Source of the DNA: an uncultured Verrucomicrobia subdivision 3 bacterium
GTDB taxonomy: Bacteria > Verrucomicrobiota > Verrucomicrobiia > Limisphaerales > UBA11358
Length of the DNA stretch: 64,000 bases
Assembly (NCBI GenBank): GCA_903878805.1
Contig: CAIRJF010000028.1
Location: 81,490 to 145,489, forward strand
Direction: 5' to 3'
Part shown: positions 37,289 to 46,288 of the stretch, in pieces
Layout of the letters: each line of letters starts with the position of its first letter
Numbering within the stretch: the stretch's first letter is position 1
Notes under the pieces: generated by a model
What the model saw: only the letters and a program-made list of their open reading frames with translations
What the model was told of the DNA's origin: nothing
Database searches by the model: none
Translations under genes and position numbers: made by a program

Positions 37289-38107
37289 ATGTCCGCGCCA
37301 AAACAAGTCATCGTCAGCGGCGGGTTTGACGACATCAAGTCGCGCGACCTGCGGTTTCTCGAAGAGGCCGCGAAGCTCGGCGAGTTGACCGTGCTGCTCT
37401 GGCCGGATGAAATTTTGCGGGAACAAACCGGCAAAGCGCCGAAGTTTCCGCTGGTAGAGCGGCTCTATTTTCTTGAAGCCGTTCGTTATGTCCGCCGCGT
37501 GACTCCCATCGGTGAAACGGCTAATCCAAACGAACTGCCGAAAGATTTGTGCGCGGACATTTGGGCGGATTACGAAATGACAACGAACGCCGCACGTAAA
37601 AATTTTGCCGAAGAAAATAAAATTACCTACCGCGTTTTCACAGCGGACGACTTGAAAGATTTCCCCGAGCCCCCTCCGATGCCATCCGCGCTCGGTAAAA
37701 AAAAGGTTATCGCCACCGGCTGCTACGACTGGTTTCACTCCGGCCATGTGCGTTTTACCGAGGAAGCTTCTGCTCACGGCGATCTTTATGTTTGCATTGG
37801 CAGCGACGCGAATGTGCGCTTATTGAAAGGCGAAGGTCATCCGCTGTTGTCCGAGCAGGAACGGCGTTACGTTCTTGGCTCAATCAAATTTGTGAAGCAG
37901 GCACTCGTCACCACTGGCTCCGGCTGGGTGGACGCCGATCCAGAAATTCGCCGGCTGAAACCGGACATTTACGTTGTCAACGAAGATGGCGACAAGGGCG
38001 GCAAGCGCGAATACTGCGCAGAACTTGGCATCGAATATCTCGTGCTCAAGCGCACACCCGCGCCGGGGTTGCCCAAGCGCAGCAGCACGGATTTGCGTGG
38101 GTTCTGA
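37289..38107 (+). CDS. Tandem cytidylyltransferase-like protein (degenerate N-domain + intact C-domain)
   Basis: Domain 1 has GGFDDIKSRD, so the HxGH histidines are lost. Domain 2 has GCYDWFHSGH, which is canonical. Confidence 0.7.
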   Translation: MSAPKQVIVSGGFDDIKSRDLRFLEEAAKLGELTVLLWPDEILREQTGKAPKFPLVERLYFLEAVRYVRRVTPIGETANPNELPKDLCADIWADYEMTTNAARKNFAEENKITYRVFTADDLKDFPEPPPMPSALGKKKVIATGCYDWFHSGHVRFTEEASAHGDLYVCIGSDANVRLLKGEGHPLLSEQERRYVLGSIKFVKQALVTTGSGWVDADPEIRRLKPDIYVVNEDGDKGGKREYCAELGIEYLVLKRTPAPGLPKRSSTDLRGF

Positions 38108-38108
38108 T

Positions 38109-38981
38109 TCAATTGGCGAATTTATTTTCCTTGAGCCAGAACAGGCAGTCGCCCGCCCACGGATGCGGATTTGCAAACGGAAATTTATCTTTCAGCCCCA
38201 TGCCGTGTCCGCCCTTCTGATAAACGTGCAAATCAAACGGCACCTGATTTTTCCGCAGCGCTTCGGCAAACAGCATCGTGTTTTCCATCGGCACCGACTT
38301 GTCCTCAAACGTCGTCCACAAAAAACACGGCGGCGTGTTCGAGGTGACCTGCAGTTCGTTAGAAAGCAGTTTCACCAAATCCGGCGGAGGATTTTTGCCG
38401 AGCAGATTTTCTTTTGAGCCTTTGTGCGTGAACTCGCCCATTGAAATCACGGCGTAACAGAGAATTCCTAAATCCGGCCGTGAACTTTGCTGTTCAATTT
38501 TGTCGGCGGAATTCGTATCGCCCAAATCAAAATGCGTCAGCAGCGTTGCCGCCAGATGTCCGCCCGCCGATGAGCCCATGATGCCGACGCGCTTCGTGTC
38601 AATCTGATAATCGTTCGCGTGCGCCCGCACCCAGCGCACCGCTCGCGCGGCGTCGTTGAGCATCGACGGATGATGATAACCGCCGGAGCCGAGGCGATAT
38701 TTCAAGACGAAACAGGTGACACCATGTTGGTTCAGCCAGAGCGCATAGTCGTTGCCCTCGTGCGGCGCGAGATGCGCGTAGCCGCCGCCAGGACAAATCA
38801 CCATTGCCGCGCCCGTGGCGTTGGATTTGCACAAATACGGCGTCAGCGTCGGAATGTCATTGGATGAAGTGCCCAGCGCGCCGGGCGCGCCGTTTGGCCA
38901 GAGTGGAATGGCAGTTTGCATTTGCGCGCGGCACAGAATGAGTGACGCGCAGAAAATTACCGAGGCGAAAAATATTTTCAT
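38109..38981 (-). CDS. Secreted alpha/beta-hydrolase (esterase/lipase fold)
   Basis: Signal peptide. ICPGGGY oxyanion region. GSSAGGH is the GxSxG nucleophile elbow. Confidence 0.75.
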   Translation of the reverse strand: MKIFFASVIFCASLILCRAQMQTAIPLWPNGAPGALGTSSNDIPTLTPYLCKSNATGAAMVICPGGGYAHLAPHEGNDYALWLNQHGVTCFVLKYRLGSGGYHHPSMLNDAARAVRWVRAHANDYQIDTKRVGIMGSSAGGHLAATLLTHFDLGDTNSADKIEQQSSRPDLGILCYAVISMGEFTHKGSKENLLGKNPPPDLVKLLSNELQVTSNTPPCFLWTTFEDKSVPMENTMLFAEALRKNQVPFDLHVYQKGGHGMGLKDKFPFANPHPWAGDCLFWLKENKFAN

Positions 38982-39076
38982 ATTGGGAGCAGCCAGATGC
39001 TTGCGGAAATCGAAGCCGGTTTCAACTTCTCTTTTGCCGCGTTTGACACGCGAGAATTCACGTCTATTTTCAAACC

Positions 39077-41098
39077 GTGTTTGAACTTGTTTCCGATTAC
39101 GCGCCCGCCGGCGACCAACCGCAGGCCATCGAAAAGCTGACCGCCGGAATTATTTCCGGCGCGAAGCATCAGACTTTACTCGGCGTCACTGGCTCGGGCA
39201 AGACGTTCACCATCGCGAACGTCATTAAGAACATCAACCGACCCACGCTCGTCATCTCGCACAACAAAACTCTGGCTGCGCAGCTTTACGCCGAGTTCAA
39301 AAGTTTTTTTCCGAACAACGCCGTCGAATACTTCGTCAGCTACTTTGATTTTTACCAGCCGGAAGCCTACATCCCGCGCACTGACACGTTCATCGAAAAA
39401 GATTCCAGCGTGAATGACGACATCGAGCGGATGCGCCTTTCAACGATGGCGTCGCTGTTCACACGGCGCGATGTCATCGTCGTCGCCAGCGTCTCGTGTA
39501 TTTACGGCATCGGTAGCAGGGAAGATTACGCGGCGATGGTGATTCCGATCCGCGTCGGACTAGAATTGTCGCGCGAACAATTTTTATCGCGCATGGTGGA
39601 TATGCAGTATTCGCGCAACGACATAGCGTTCGAGCGCGGCAATTTTCGCGTGCGCGGCGACACCGTGGAAGTCTGGCCGGCTGGCCGCGAAGACGGTTTG
39701 CGCGTGGAATTTTTCGGCGACACGATTGAGAAACTGACGCGCTTCGAGCCGTTGACGGGAAACAAAATTGAATCGTTGCAGGCCAACATGATTTTTCCGG
39801 CGAAGCAATTCGTAACGACCGGCGAGAAAATGAAAAGCGCTTTGCTCGCCATTCGCGAGGAACTCGGCACGCGCATCGCGGAGTTCGAACGCGATGGGAA
39901 ATTGCTTGAAGCGCAGCGCATCAAAATGCGGACGGAGTTTGATTTGGAAATGATGGAGGAAATGGGCTTCTGCTCTGGCATCGAAAATTATTCGCGGCAC
40001 ATAGCCAATCGTCCGCCCGGTTCGCGTCCGACGACGTTGTTTGATTTTTTCCCGAACGATTATCTGCTCGTGCTGGATGAGTCGCACGTCACCGTGCCGC
40101 AGATCGGCGGGATGTATGAAGGCGACCGCTCGCGCAAAACCGTTTTGGTGGATCATGGTTTTCGTCTGCCGAGCGCGCTGGACAACCGGCCGGTGAATTT
40201 TCTGGAATTTCAAGCGATGCAGAACCAGACGATTTACGTCAGCGCCACGCCCGCGCCGCGCGAAATTGGCTGGTCGCAAGGCCGAGTCACCGAATTGGTC
40301 GTGCGCCCGACGGGCTTGATTGATCCGAAAGTCACCATCAAGCCGCTCAAAGGCCAGATTGACGATTTGATGGAAGAAGTCCGCAAGCGCGGCGACAAAA
40401 AAGAACGCACGCTCGTCACGACCTTGACCAAACGCACGGCGGAGGAACTCACGGATTATCTGCGCGAGATCGGCATCCGCGTTCAATATTTGCACAGCGA
40501 CATTGACGCGATTGAGCGCGTAGAAATTTTGCGCTCGCTCCGCAAGGGCGAATTTGACGTGCTTGTCGGAATAAATCTTTTGCGCGAAGGTTTGGATTTG
40601 CCGGAAGTTTCGCTCGTGGCGATTCTCGACGCGGACAAGGAAGGTTTTCTCCGCAGCGAAACCAGTTTGATTCAGACCGCCGGTCGCGCCGCGCGGCATT
40701 TGAACGGCGAAGTTATTTTGTATGCCGACGTGATGACGCAGAGCATCCAGAAATTTCTCGCGGTGGCCGAAAAACGGCGCGCGCGGCAAATCGCTTACAA
40801 CACGGAACACAACATCACGCCGCGCAGCGTCGTGCGCGCGGTGGAAGAAAGTCTGGCGGTGCAGGAAGACCAACACGCGGCGGCCACCGGCCTGTTGCGC
40901 GAGACCACGACCGATTTGGATGTGACCGAAACCATCCGCGAACTCGAAGGCGAGATGTTAAAAGCTGCCGAGGATTTACAGTTCGAGAAAGCCGCGCTGC
41001 TCCGCGACCAAATCAAAGAACTCAAACACATGATTGACGGCACGAAATCCGAAGCGAAGCCGGTGAGTTATCGGAAATCAAAACGGGCGAGGAGGTAA
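39077..41098 (+). CDS. uvrB: Excinuclease ABC subunit B
   Basis: GDQPQAI, GVTGSGKT Walker A, a DESH box, and a C-terminal UVR domain (FEKAALLRDQIKELK). GTG start. Confidence 0.95.
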   Translation: MFELVSDYAPAGDQPQAIEKLTAGIISGAKHQTLLGVTGSGKTFTIANVIKNINRPTLVISHNKTLAAQLYAEFKSFFPNNAVEYFVSYFDFYQPEAYIPRTDTFIEKDSSVNDDIERMRLSTMASLFTRRDVIVVASVSCIYGIGSREDYAAMVIPIRVGLELSREQFLSRMVDMQYSRNDIAFERGNFRVRGDTVEVWPAGREDGLRVEFFGDTIEKLTRFEPLTGNKIESLQANMIFPAKQFVTTGEKMKSALLAIREELGTRIAEFERDGKLLEAQRIKMRTEFDLEMMEEMGFCSGIENYSRHIANRPPGSRPTTLFDFFPNDYLLVLDESHVTVPQIGGMYEGDRSRKTVLVDHGFRLPSALDNRPVNFLEFQAMQNQTIYVSATPAPREIGWSQGRVTELVVRPTGLIDPKVTIKPLKGQIDDLMEEVRKRGDKKERTLVTTLTKRTAEELTDYLREIGIRVQYLHSDIDAIERVEILRSLRKGEFDVLVGINLLREGLDLPEVSLVAILDADKEGFLRSETSLIQTAGRAARHLNGEVILYADVMTQSIQKFLAVAEKRRARQIAYNTEHNITPRSVVRAVEESLAVQEDQHAAATGLLRETTTDLDVTETIRELEGEMLKAAEDLQFEKAALLRDQIKELKHMIDGTKSEAKPVSYRKSKRARR

Positions 41099-41109
41099 TT
41101 TAATTGTGA

Positions 41110-41898
41110 TTGGCAAATCAGGCATCTCTTGCAAAGATTGCAAATATGCTGACACGGCGAATTCCAATTCGAAATCGAATTTTTACGACCAGTGATTTGG
41201 CCGTTTTGCTTAAGCAGTTGGCGGGATATTATCAAAAATCAAAGCGCGAATATCGTGAAAACACTTTTCGTTTGAGTATTTCAGAGGATGCGCATACCAC
41301 CACATCGGTTGATTCTCCTCCGAAATCATTTGAGCCGTTATTAAATTCTTCGATTCACCATTTGCGGCTTCGGATAAGTTGTGACGTTCCTGATCGCGAC
41401 GTGGAATTTACAATTAGTCCAGGCGCGAATTCTTGGACAAATTGTATTGAGCTTCAAAGCGAAGATGAAGATTGGGTAAATCTCGCCTACAATAATATTT
41501 CAAAACTGCTAACTAAAGTGAGACAGCAATCTACTTTTATTAAAAGGCATGGCATTTGGTTATCTCCTTTGCTAGCCGTTTTAATTGGATGGCCAATAGC
41601 ACAACTTTTCTATTTTTTATTGTTAAAATTCGGAGAGGCACATGAAGTTCATTGGAATTGGGCGACATTCGGTCAACACATTTTCTTTTCTGAAATTTTT
41701 GGTATCTTGCCGGCAAATATGCTGTTTTCATACGCGACTGAAAGAGGTTTTCCGGGAATTGAATTTCAAACCGGGCCGAGCCATACATGGAAAGAATTTG
41801 AACTGCGTCGCAAACTTAATTTTCTTTTTGGAGTGCTTATTTTAGGTCCGCTTGGCAGCTTGATTTACGAAATTTATAAAGGATTAGCAGACCATTGA
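41110..41898 (+). CDS. Low-GC orphan membrane protein (soluble N-domain + ~3 C-terminal TM segments)
   Basis: ~38% GC on a sample line. TM-like segments WLSPLLAVLIGWPIAQLFYFLLL, IFFSEIFGILPANMLF and LNFLFGVLILGPLGSLIY. The start may be TTG 41110 or ATG 41146. Confidence 0.6.
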   Translation: MANQASLAKIANMLTRRIPIRNRIFTTSDLAVLLKQLAGYYQKSKREYRENTFRLSISEDAHTTTSVDSPPKSFEPLLNSSIHHLRLRISCDVPDRDVEFTISPGANSWTNCIELQSEDEDWVNLAYNNISKLLTKVRQQSTFIKRHGIWLSPLLAVLIGWPIAQLFYFLLLKFGEAHEVHWNWATFGQHIFFSEIFGILPANMLFSYATERGFPGIEFQTGPSHTWKEFELRRKLNFLFGVLILGPLGSLIYEIYKGLADH

Positions 41899-41918
41899 TT
41901 TGCCGTCGGTGTGACATC

Positions 41919-42023
41919 TTTGTAGAACCAAACCCAAAGCAAATCAAGCTTCGTAGGAGCGCCATATTCTGACGATTTCGCTCTTAACGGAGCTTTGGAT
42001 TTTTTAATTCTGATTTCTACAAA
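41919..42023. repeat. Nested inverted repeats between convergent genes
   Basis: TTTGTAGAA (41919-41927) / TTCTACAAA (42015-42023). CCAAAGC (41934-41940) / GCTTTGG (41992-41998). Confidence 0.5.
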
Positions 42024-42055
42024 TATGCCAGCCCTGACGTGCTTTCGCGCAAAAA

Positions 42056-42943
42056 CTACTTCGCCGCGTTCGCGCCTTTGACCCGAAGCTGAATTGAATA
42101 AAGCGATTCCGTCGCGGTGATAAAAAGCGTTTTGTGGTCAGCGCCACCGAAGCAGACGTTGGCCGACCATTTTTCCGGCACATCAATGTGGTCAATCTGT
42201 TTTCCCATTTTATCGAAGACCGTCACGCCGTGGCCGGTGAGATACAGGTTTCCCTCCACATCAATCGTCATGCCGTCCGAGCCGAGCGCGCAGAAAAAAG
42301 TTTTATTCGTGAGCGAACCGTCCGGCTGGATGTCGTAGCGCCACGTCTGTCCGGCACGAATGTCCGAGACGAAAAGATTTTTGCCATCCGGCGTGCCGGT
42401 GATGCCGTTGGGCTTTTTCAAATCGCCCGTCACTTGCGCTAAAGTTTTTTTGTCGGGCGAAAGATAAAAAACTTCTTCATTCGTCAGCGCCATCAGCGTG
42501 TGATCCCACCATTTGCGGCGGTAAAACGGATCGCTCAAATACATCGCGCCATTGGGCGCAATCCACACGTCGTTCGGGCCATTCAGATATTTGCCGTTAA
42601 AATTCGTGACGAGCACGGTCACGGTTTTGTCCGGCGCGATGGACCAAAGTTGGTTGTGTTCGTCCGCGCAGGCGATGAGATTTCCCTGCGCGTCGAACAT
42701 CATGCCGTTCGCGCGTCCGGACGGCTGGAGAAAAGTGGAGAGTTTTCCGTCCGCGCTCCATTCCATGATGCGGTTGTTCGGCTGATCCACAAAAAACAAA
42801 TTGTCGTGCGCGTCGAGCGTCGGGCCTTCGGTGAACTGAAAGCCGCTAGAAAGTTTTTGTAGTTTTGCATCGGGCGCCACGACGCCTTCCGCAAACACGG
42901 TCACCGCCGAACCTAAAATAATTGCCAAAAAGATTGTTTTCAT
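42056..42943 (-). CDS. SMP-30/gluconolactonase/LRE-family protein, secreted
   Basis: Signal peptide from the ATG at 42943. GPNDVWIAPNGAMYLSDP and PNGITGTPDGKNLFVSD motifs. Confidence 0.8.
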   Translation of the reverse strand: MKTIFLAIILGSAVTVFAEGVVAPDAKLQKLSSGFQFTEGPTLDAHDNLFFVDQPNNRIMEWSADGKLSTFLQPSGRANGMMFDAQGNLIACADEHNQLWSIAPDKTVTVLVTNFNGKYLNGPNDVWIAPNGAMYLSDPFYRRKWWDHTLMALTNEEVFYLSPDKKTLAQVTGDLKKPNGITGTPDGKNLFVSDIRAGQTWRYDIQPDGSLTNKTFFCALGSDGMTIDVEGNLYLTGHGVTVFDKMGKQIDHIDVPEKWSANVCFGGADHKTLFITATESLYSIQLRVKGANAAK

Positions 42944-43040
42944 ACCCGCCAAAAATCTGGCGGGAATCGGCGCGGGACGCCAACAAAATCGTTCCTTGTT
43001 TTTACGCCTCCCGTGCCGCATCTTGCGGGCGTATTTGACG

Positions 43041-43487
43041 ATGAATCCCCAAACGCAAAAGGCGCTGCGGTTTTTGCAGAGCTGGGTCATCAACACCCTC
43101 GCGGTCGCGCTGGCGGTGATGATTCTGTCGCCCCACATCCGCTATCAGGAGCCAAAAGACCTCGTGTTCGCGGCATTATTGCTGGGCATCCTCAACGCTT
43201 TTGTCCGTCCCATCCTGATGCTCGTCGCGTTGCCGCTGCTGATTTTCACGCTGGGACTGTTCACGCTCGTCATCAACGCGCTGCTGCTGTATTTCGTCGG
43301 CCAGTTGCTGCAGCCGAGCTTTCAGGTGGACAGCTTTCGTTACGCTTTTATCGGCGCGCTGATTGTCAGCATCATCTCCATCGCGCTGAACGTGCTGACG
43401 GGCAACGCGCGCGTCTCCGTCCAGCGCCGCCCGCCGCCCGGCCCGCCGAAAAATCCCGGCGGCGACGGTCCGGTGATTGACGTTTGA
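43041..43487 (+). CDS. Phage-holin-family-4 / DUF360-type small membrane protein
   Basis: WVINTLAVALAVMIL...LLGILNAFVRPILMLVALPLLIFTLGLFTLVINALLLYFV is typical of this family. No other phage genes are nearby. Confidence 0.65.
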   Translation: MNPQTQKALRFLQSWVINTLAVALAVMILSPHIRYQEPKDLVFAALLLGILNAFVRPILMLVALPLLIFTLGLFTLVINALLLYFVGQLLQPSFQVDSFRYAFIGALIVSIISIALNVLTGNARVSVQRRPPPGPPKNPGGDGPVIDV

Positions 43488-43534
43488 ATGGAGAATGCAG
43501 AAAGAAGCCCGGCGGCGCGCAAACGTAAATTTCT

Positions 43535-44149
43535 TTATTCTGCATTCTCAATTTTGCCTTCGAGCTGATAGGCCGCGCGCAACGTCGGGATTCCCTGCGC
43601 ATTGAAACTCCGCTCGAAGTCGGTGGTGATTTCCGCCAGTCCCAACGGCGTTTCCGCCTGTTTAAATTCTTTCGCGGCGTCGAAAACTTCTCGCATCTGC
43701 GCAAAATAATCCGGGTCGTCCGTGCGCAAATAAACCATGCCGCCTAGCGACAGCGTGCGGCGCGCGAGCGCGGGAAATTCTTCGTTGATGAGACGATGCC
43801 GACGGTGTTTCTTCTTCGGCCACGGGTCGGGAAAATAAATATGCAGCGCGACGGCGATATGCGGCGGCAGCAGGTATTGGAGAAAATACGCGGACTCAAT
43901 CCGCACTCCGCGCAGATTCGGCAGTCCAAGCTGGCTGCCTTTGCGATGCAATTTCTGGATGCGCCCCAGCAGCCGCTCGACACCAAGGAAATTTATCGCC
44001 GGATTACGCCGCGCGTATTCGACGAGAAACGAGGCGTCGCCGCAGCCGAGTTCGATTTCCAACGGTTGCGGTTGCGGAAAAAGCGACGGCAAGTTCAGCG
44101 GCTCAACGATGGATGCCAGTTGAACCAGAAGATTCTTTGAATCAGCCAT
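43535..44149 (-). CDS. trmB: tRNA (guanine-N7)-methyltransferase
   Basis: EIELGCGDASFL SAM motif. YFPDPWPKKKHRRHRL signature. Confidence 0.85.
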   Translation of the reverse strand: MADSKNLLVQLASIVEPLNLPSLFPQPQPLEIELGCGDASFLVEYARRNPAINFLGVERLLGRIQKLHRKGSQLGLPNLRGVRIESAYFLQYLLPPHIAVALHIYFPDPWPKKKHRRHRLINEEFPALARRTLSLGGMVYLRTDDPDYFAQMREVFDAAKEFKQAETPLGLAEITTDFERSFNAQGIPTLRAAYQLEGKIENAE

Positions 44150-44184
44150 CGCGAAAAATTTTTTCTGGAAATTGTGCGGCCAGA

Positions 44185-44958
44185 TCAAATGCTCATCGCG
44201 TCGAAGCCGCCGTCCACCACGATTTCCGTGCCGGTAATGAAGCTGCCCGCGTCCGACGCCAGCAACAACGTCGCGCCCACGAGTTCATGCGCCTCGCCAA
44301 AACGTTTCATTGGCGTCTTGCCCATGATTTGCGCCACGCGCTCGGGATTGAGCACCTTGCGGTTTTGTTCCGCCGGAAAAAATCCGGGCACCAAAATGTT
44401 CACGCGCACGCCGCTCGTCGCCCACTCGCGCGCGAGATTTTTGGAAAGATTGTGAACCGCCGCCTTCGACGCCGAGTAAGTGAACACGCGCGACAACGGC
44501 GTGAGGCCGGAGGCCGAACCGAGATTAATGATGCTGCCTGATTTTTGTTCGACCAGATGCTTGCCAAAAACCTGGCACGCCAGCATGACGCCCTTCAAAT
44601 TCACCGTGATAATGCGGTCAAACTCATCTTCGGGAATGTCGAAAAACGGCGTCGGCGAATTGATGCCCGCGCCGTTCACCAAGATGTCCACGCGACCAAA
44701 TTTCTTCAAAACATCCGCGAGCAATTGCTGCAACGCGGTTTTGGAAGTCGCTTCGCACGGGAAAAATTCCGCCGTGCCACCGCCCTTGGTGATTTTGTCG
44801 AGGCGATCTTTGGCTTTCGCTGCGTCGCGTCCAACAAGCGCGACCATTGCGCCCGCGATGGCGATGCCTTCCGCCATCTCGCCACACAATACTCCCGTGC
44901 CGCCAATGACAACCGCCACTTTGCCTTTGAGTGAAAAAAGTTCCGCTGGTGTTTTCAT
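44185..44958 (-). CDS. SDR-family oxidoreductase (KduD/gluconate-5-dehydrogenase-like)
   Basis: [10 protein letters not shown] cofactor motif. YSASKAAV is the catalytic YxxxK. Confidence 0.8.
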   Translation of the reverse strand: MKTPAELFSLKGKVAVVIGGTGVLCGEMAEGIAIAGAMVALVGRDAAKAKDRLDKITKGGGTAEFFPCEATSKTALQQLLADVLKKFGRVDILVNGAGINSPTPFFDIPEDEFDRIITVNLKGVMLACQVFGKHLVEQKSGSIINLGSASGLTPLSRVFTYSASKAAVHNLSKNLAREWATSGVRVNILVPGFFPAEQNRKVLNPERVAQIMGKTPMKRFGEAHELVGATLLLASDAGSFITGTEIVVDGGFDAMSI

Positions 44959-45037
44959 AAATTTATTTTGGTGGTAGGGTTGACCTGCGGGTCAGCCAAG
45001 GCGTCGCGGTAGCGCCGTCTTGCTGAGCGATTTTGAT

Positions 45038-46132
45038 TTACCGCACCACACGGGCGCCGCCGCCGCCGAAGGTTTTTTCCACTTCCTTGCGCGTGGCCAT
45101 GCTCGTGTCGCCGGGCGTGGTCGAGGCCAGCGCGCCGTGCGCTGCGCCGTATTCTACGGCTTTTTGCGCGTCGTTGAATTCGAGGAAACCGAATTGCAGG
45201 CCGCTTGCGAAACTGTCGCCACCGCCGACGCGATCGAGAATTTCAAGGCCGGGATACTGGCGGCTCTCGTGAAATTTTCCTTCGTGCCAGAGAATCGCGC
45301 TCCAGTCGTTCTTCGTCGCGGTGATGACGTGACGCAGCGTGGTTGCAGCGACTTTGAAATTCGGGAATTCTTTCACCGCAGTCTCAATCATCGCCTTGAA
45401 CGCATCCGTTTCGATGTGTTTGAGATCTTCCGCGCCTTTGACGGCGAAACCGAGCGACGCGGTGAAGTCTTCTTCGTTGCCGATCATTACGTCCACATAC
45501 TTAGCGATCTCGCGATTCACTTCCTGCGCCTTCTTGAGACCGCCAATCGTTTTCCAGAGCGACGGACGATAATTCAAATCGTAGCTCACAACGACGCCAT
45601 GCTTCTTCGCAGCCTTCACGGCTTCAATCGTGAGTTCAGCCGTTGTCGCGGAAAGCGCGGCGAAAATGCCACCGGTGTGCAGCCAGCGCGTGCCAACTTT
45701 TCCAAAAATATGATCCCAATCGAAATCGCCCGGCTTGAGTTGCGACGCCGCGGAATTGCCGCGATCCGGCACGCCGACCGCGCCGCGAATGCCGAAGCCA
45801 CGTTCGGTGAAATTCAAACCGTTGCGCACGCTGCGTCCGATGCCGTCGTCTTCGCGCCACTTGATGAAGTCCGTGTCCACGCCGCCCTGCATGATGAAGT
45901 CTTCGATGAGATGTCCGACCTCGTTGTCCACGAACGCGGTGGCCACGGCGGTTTTGTAGCCGAAACATTTGCGGAGACCGCGCGAGGTGTTGTATTCGCC
46001 GCCGCCCTCCCACGCGGTGAAATGCCGCGCGGTGCGGATGCGGCCTTCGCCAGGGTCAAGGCGGAGCATGACTTCGCCAAGCGAGATTTGGTCGTATTTG
46101 CAGGTGGATTGTTCGCGAAGCTTGATGGCCAT
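45038..46132 (-). CDS. kdgK: PfkB-family sugar kinase (2-dehydro-3-deoxygluconokinase-like)
   Basis: SLGEVMLRLDPGEGR at the N-terminus. DRVGGGDSFASG is the PfkB signature 2. Confidence 0.75.
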   Translation of the reverse strand: MAIKLREQSTCKYDQISLGEVMLRLDPGEGRIRTARHFTAWEGGGEYNTSRGLRKCFGYKTAVATAFVDNEVGHLIEDFIMQGGVDTDFIKWREDDGIGRSVRNGLNFTERGFGIRGAVGVPDRGNSAASQLKPGDFDWDHIFGKVGTRWLHTGGIFAALSATTAELTIEAVKAAKKHGVVVSYDLNYRPSLWKTIGGLKKAQEVNREIAKYVDVMIGNEEDFTASLGFAVKGAEDLKHIETDAFKAMIETAVKEFPNFKVAATTLRHVITATKNDWSAILWHEGKFHESRQYPGLEILDRVGGGDSFASGLQFGFLEFNDAQKAVEYGAAHGALASTTPGDTSMATRKEVEKTFGGGGARVVR

Positions 46133-46288
46133 AAAGTGTTTCTGATTTTAGCGAAAAATCGCGAACAAACTCAAATACAATTCCTTGGTTGACGCCGGGC
46201 ATTTGGCAATCTGATTGCCGTGCCAAAGCTCGTGCAAAAACATTTCGGCACAGCGTGATTTCGGTGGGATTGAATTTCCAACGGCGTT

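Noticed and set aside
43041-43487. The holin-family-4/DUF360 membrane protein as evidence of a prophage.
   Set aside because: No endolysin, capsid, terminase or other phage genes are nearby. GC looks host-like by eye (not counted). This family is widespread as a stand-alone chromosomal gene.
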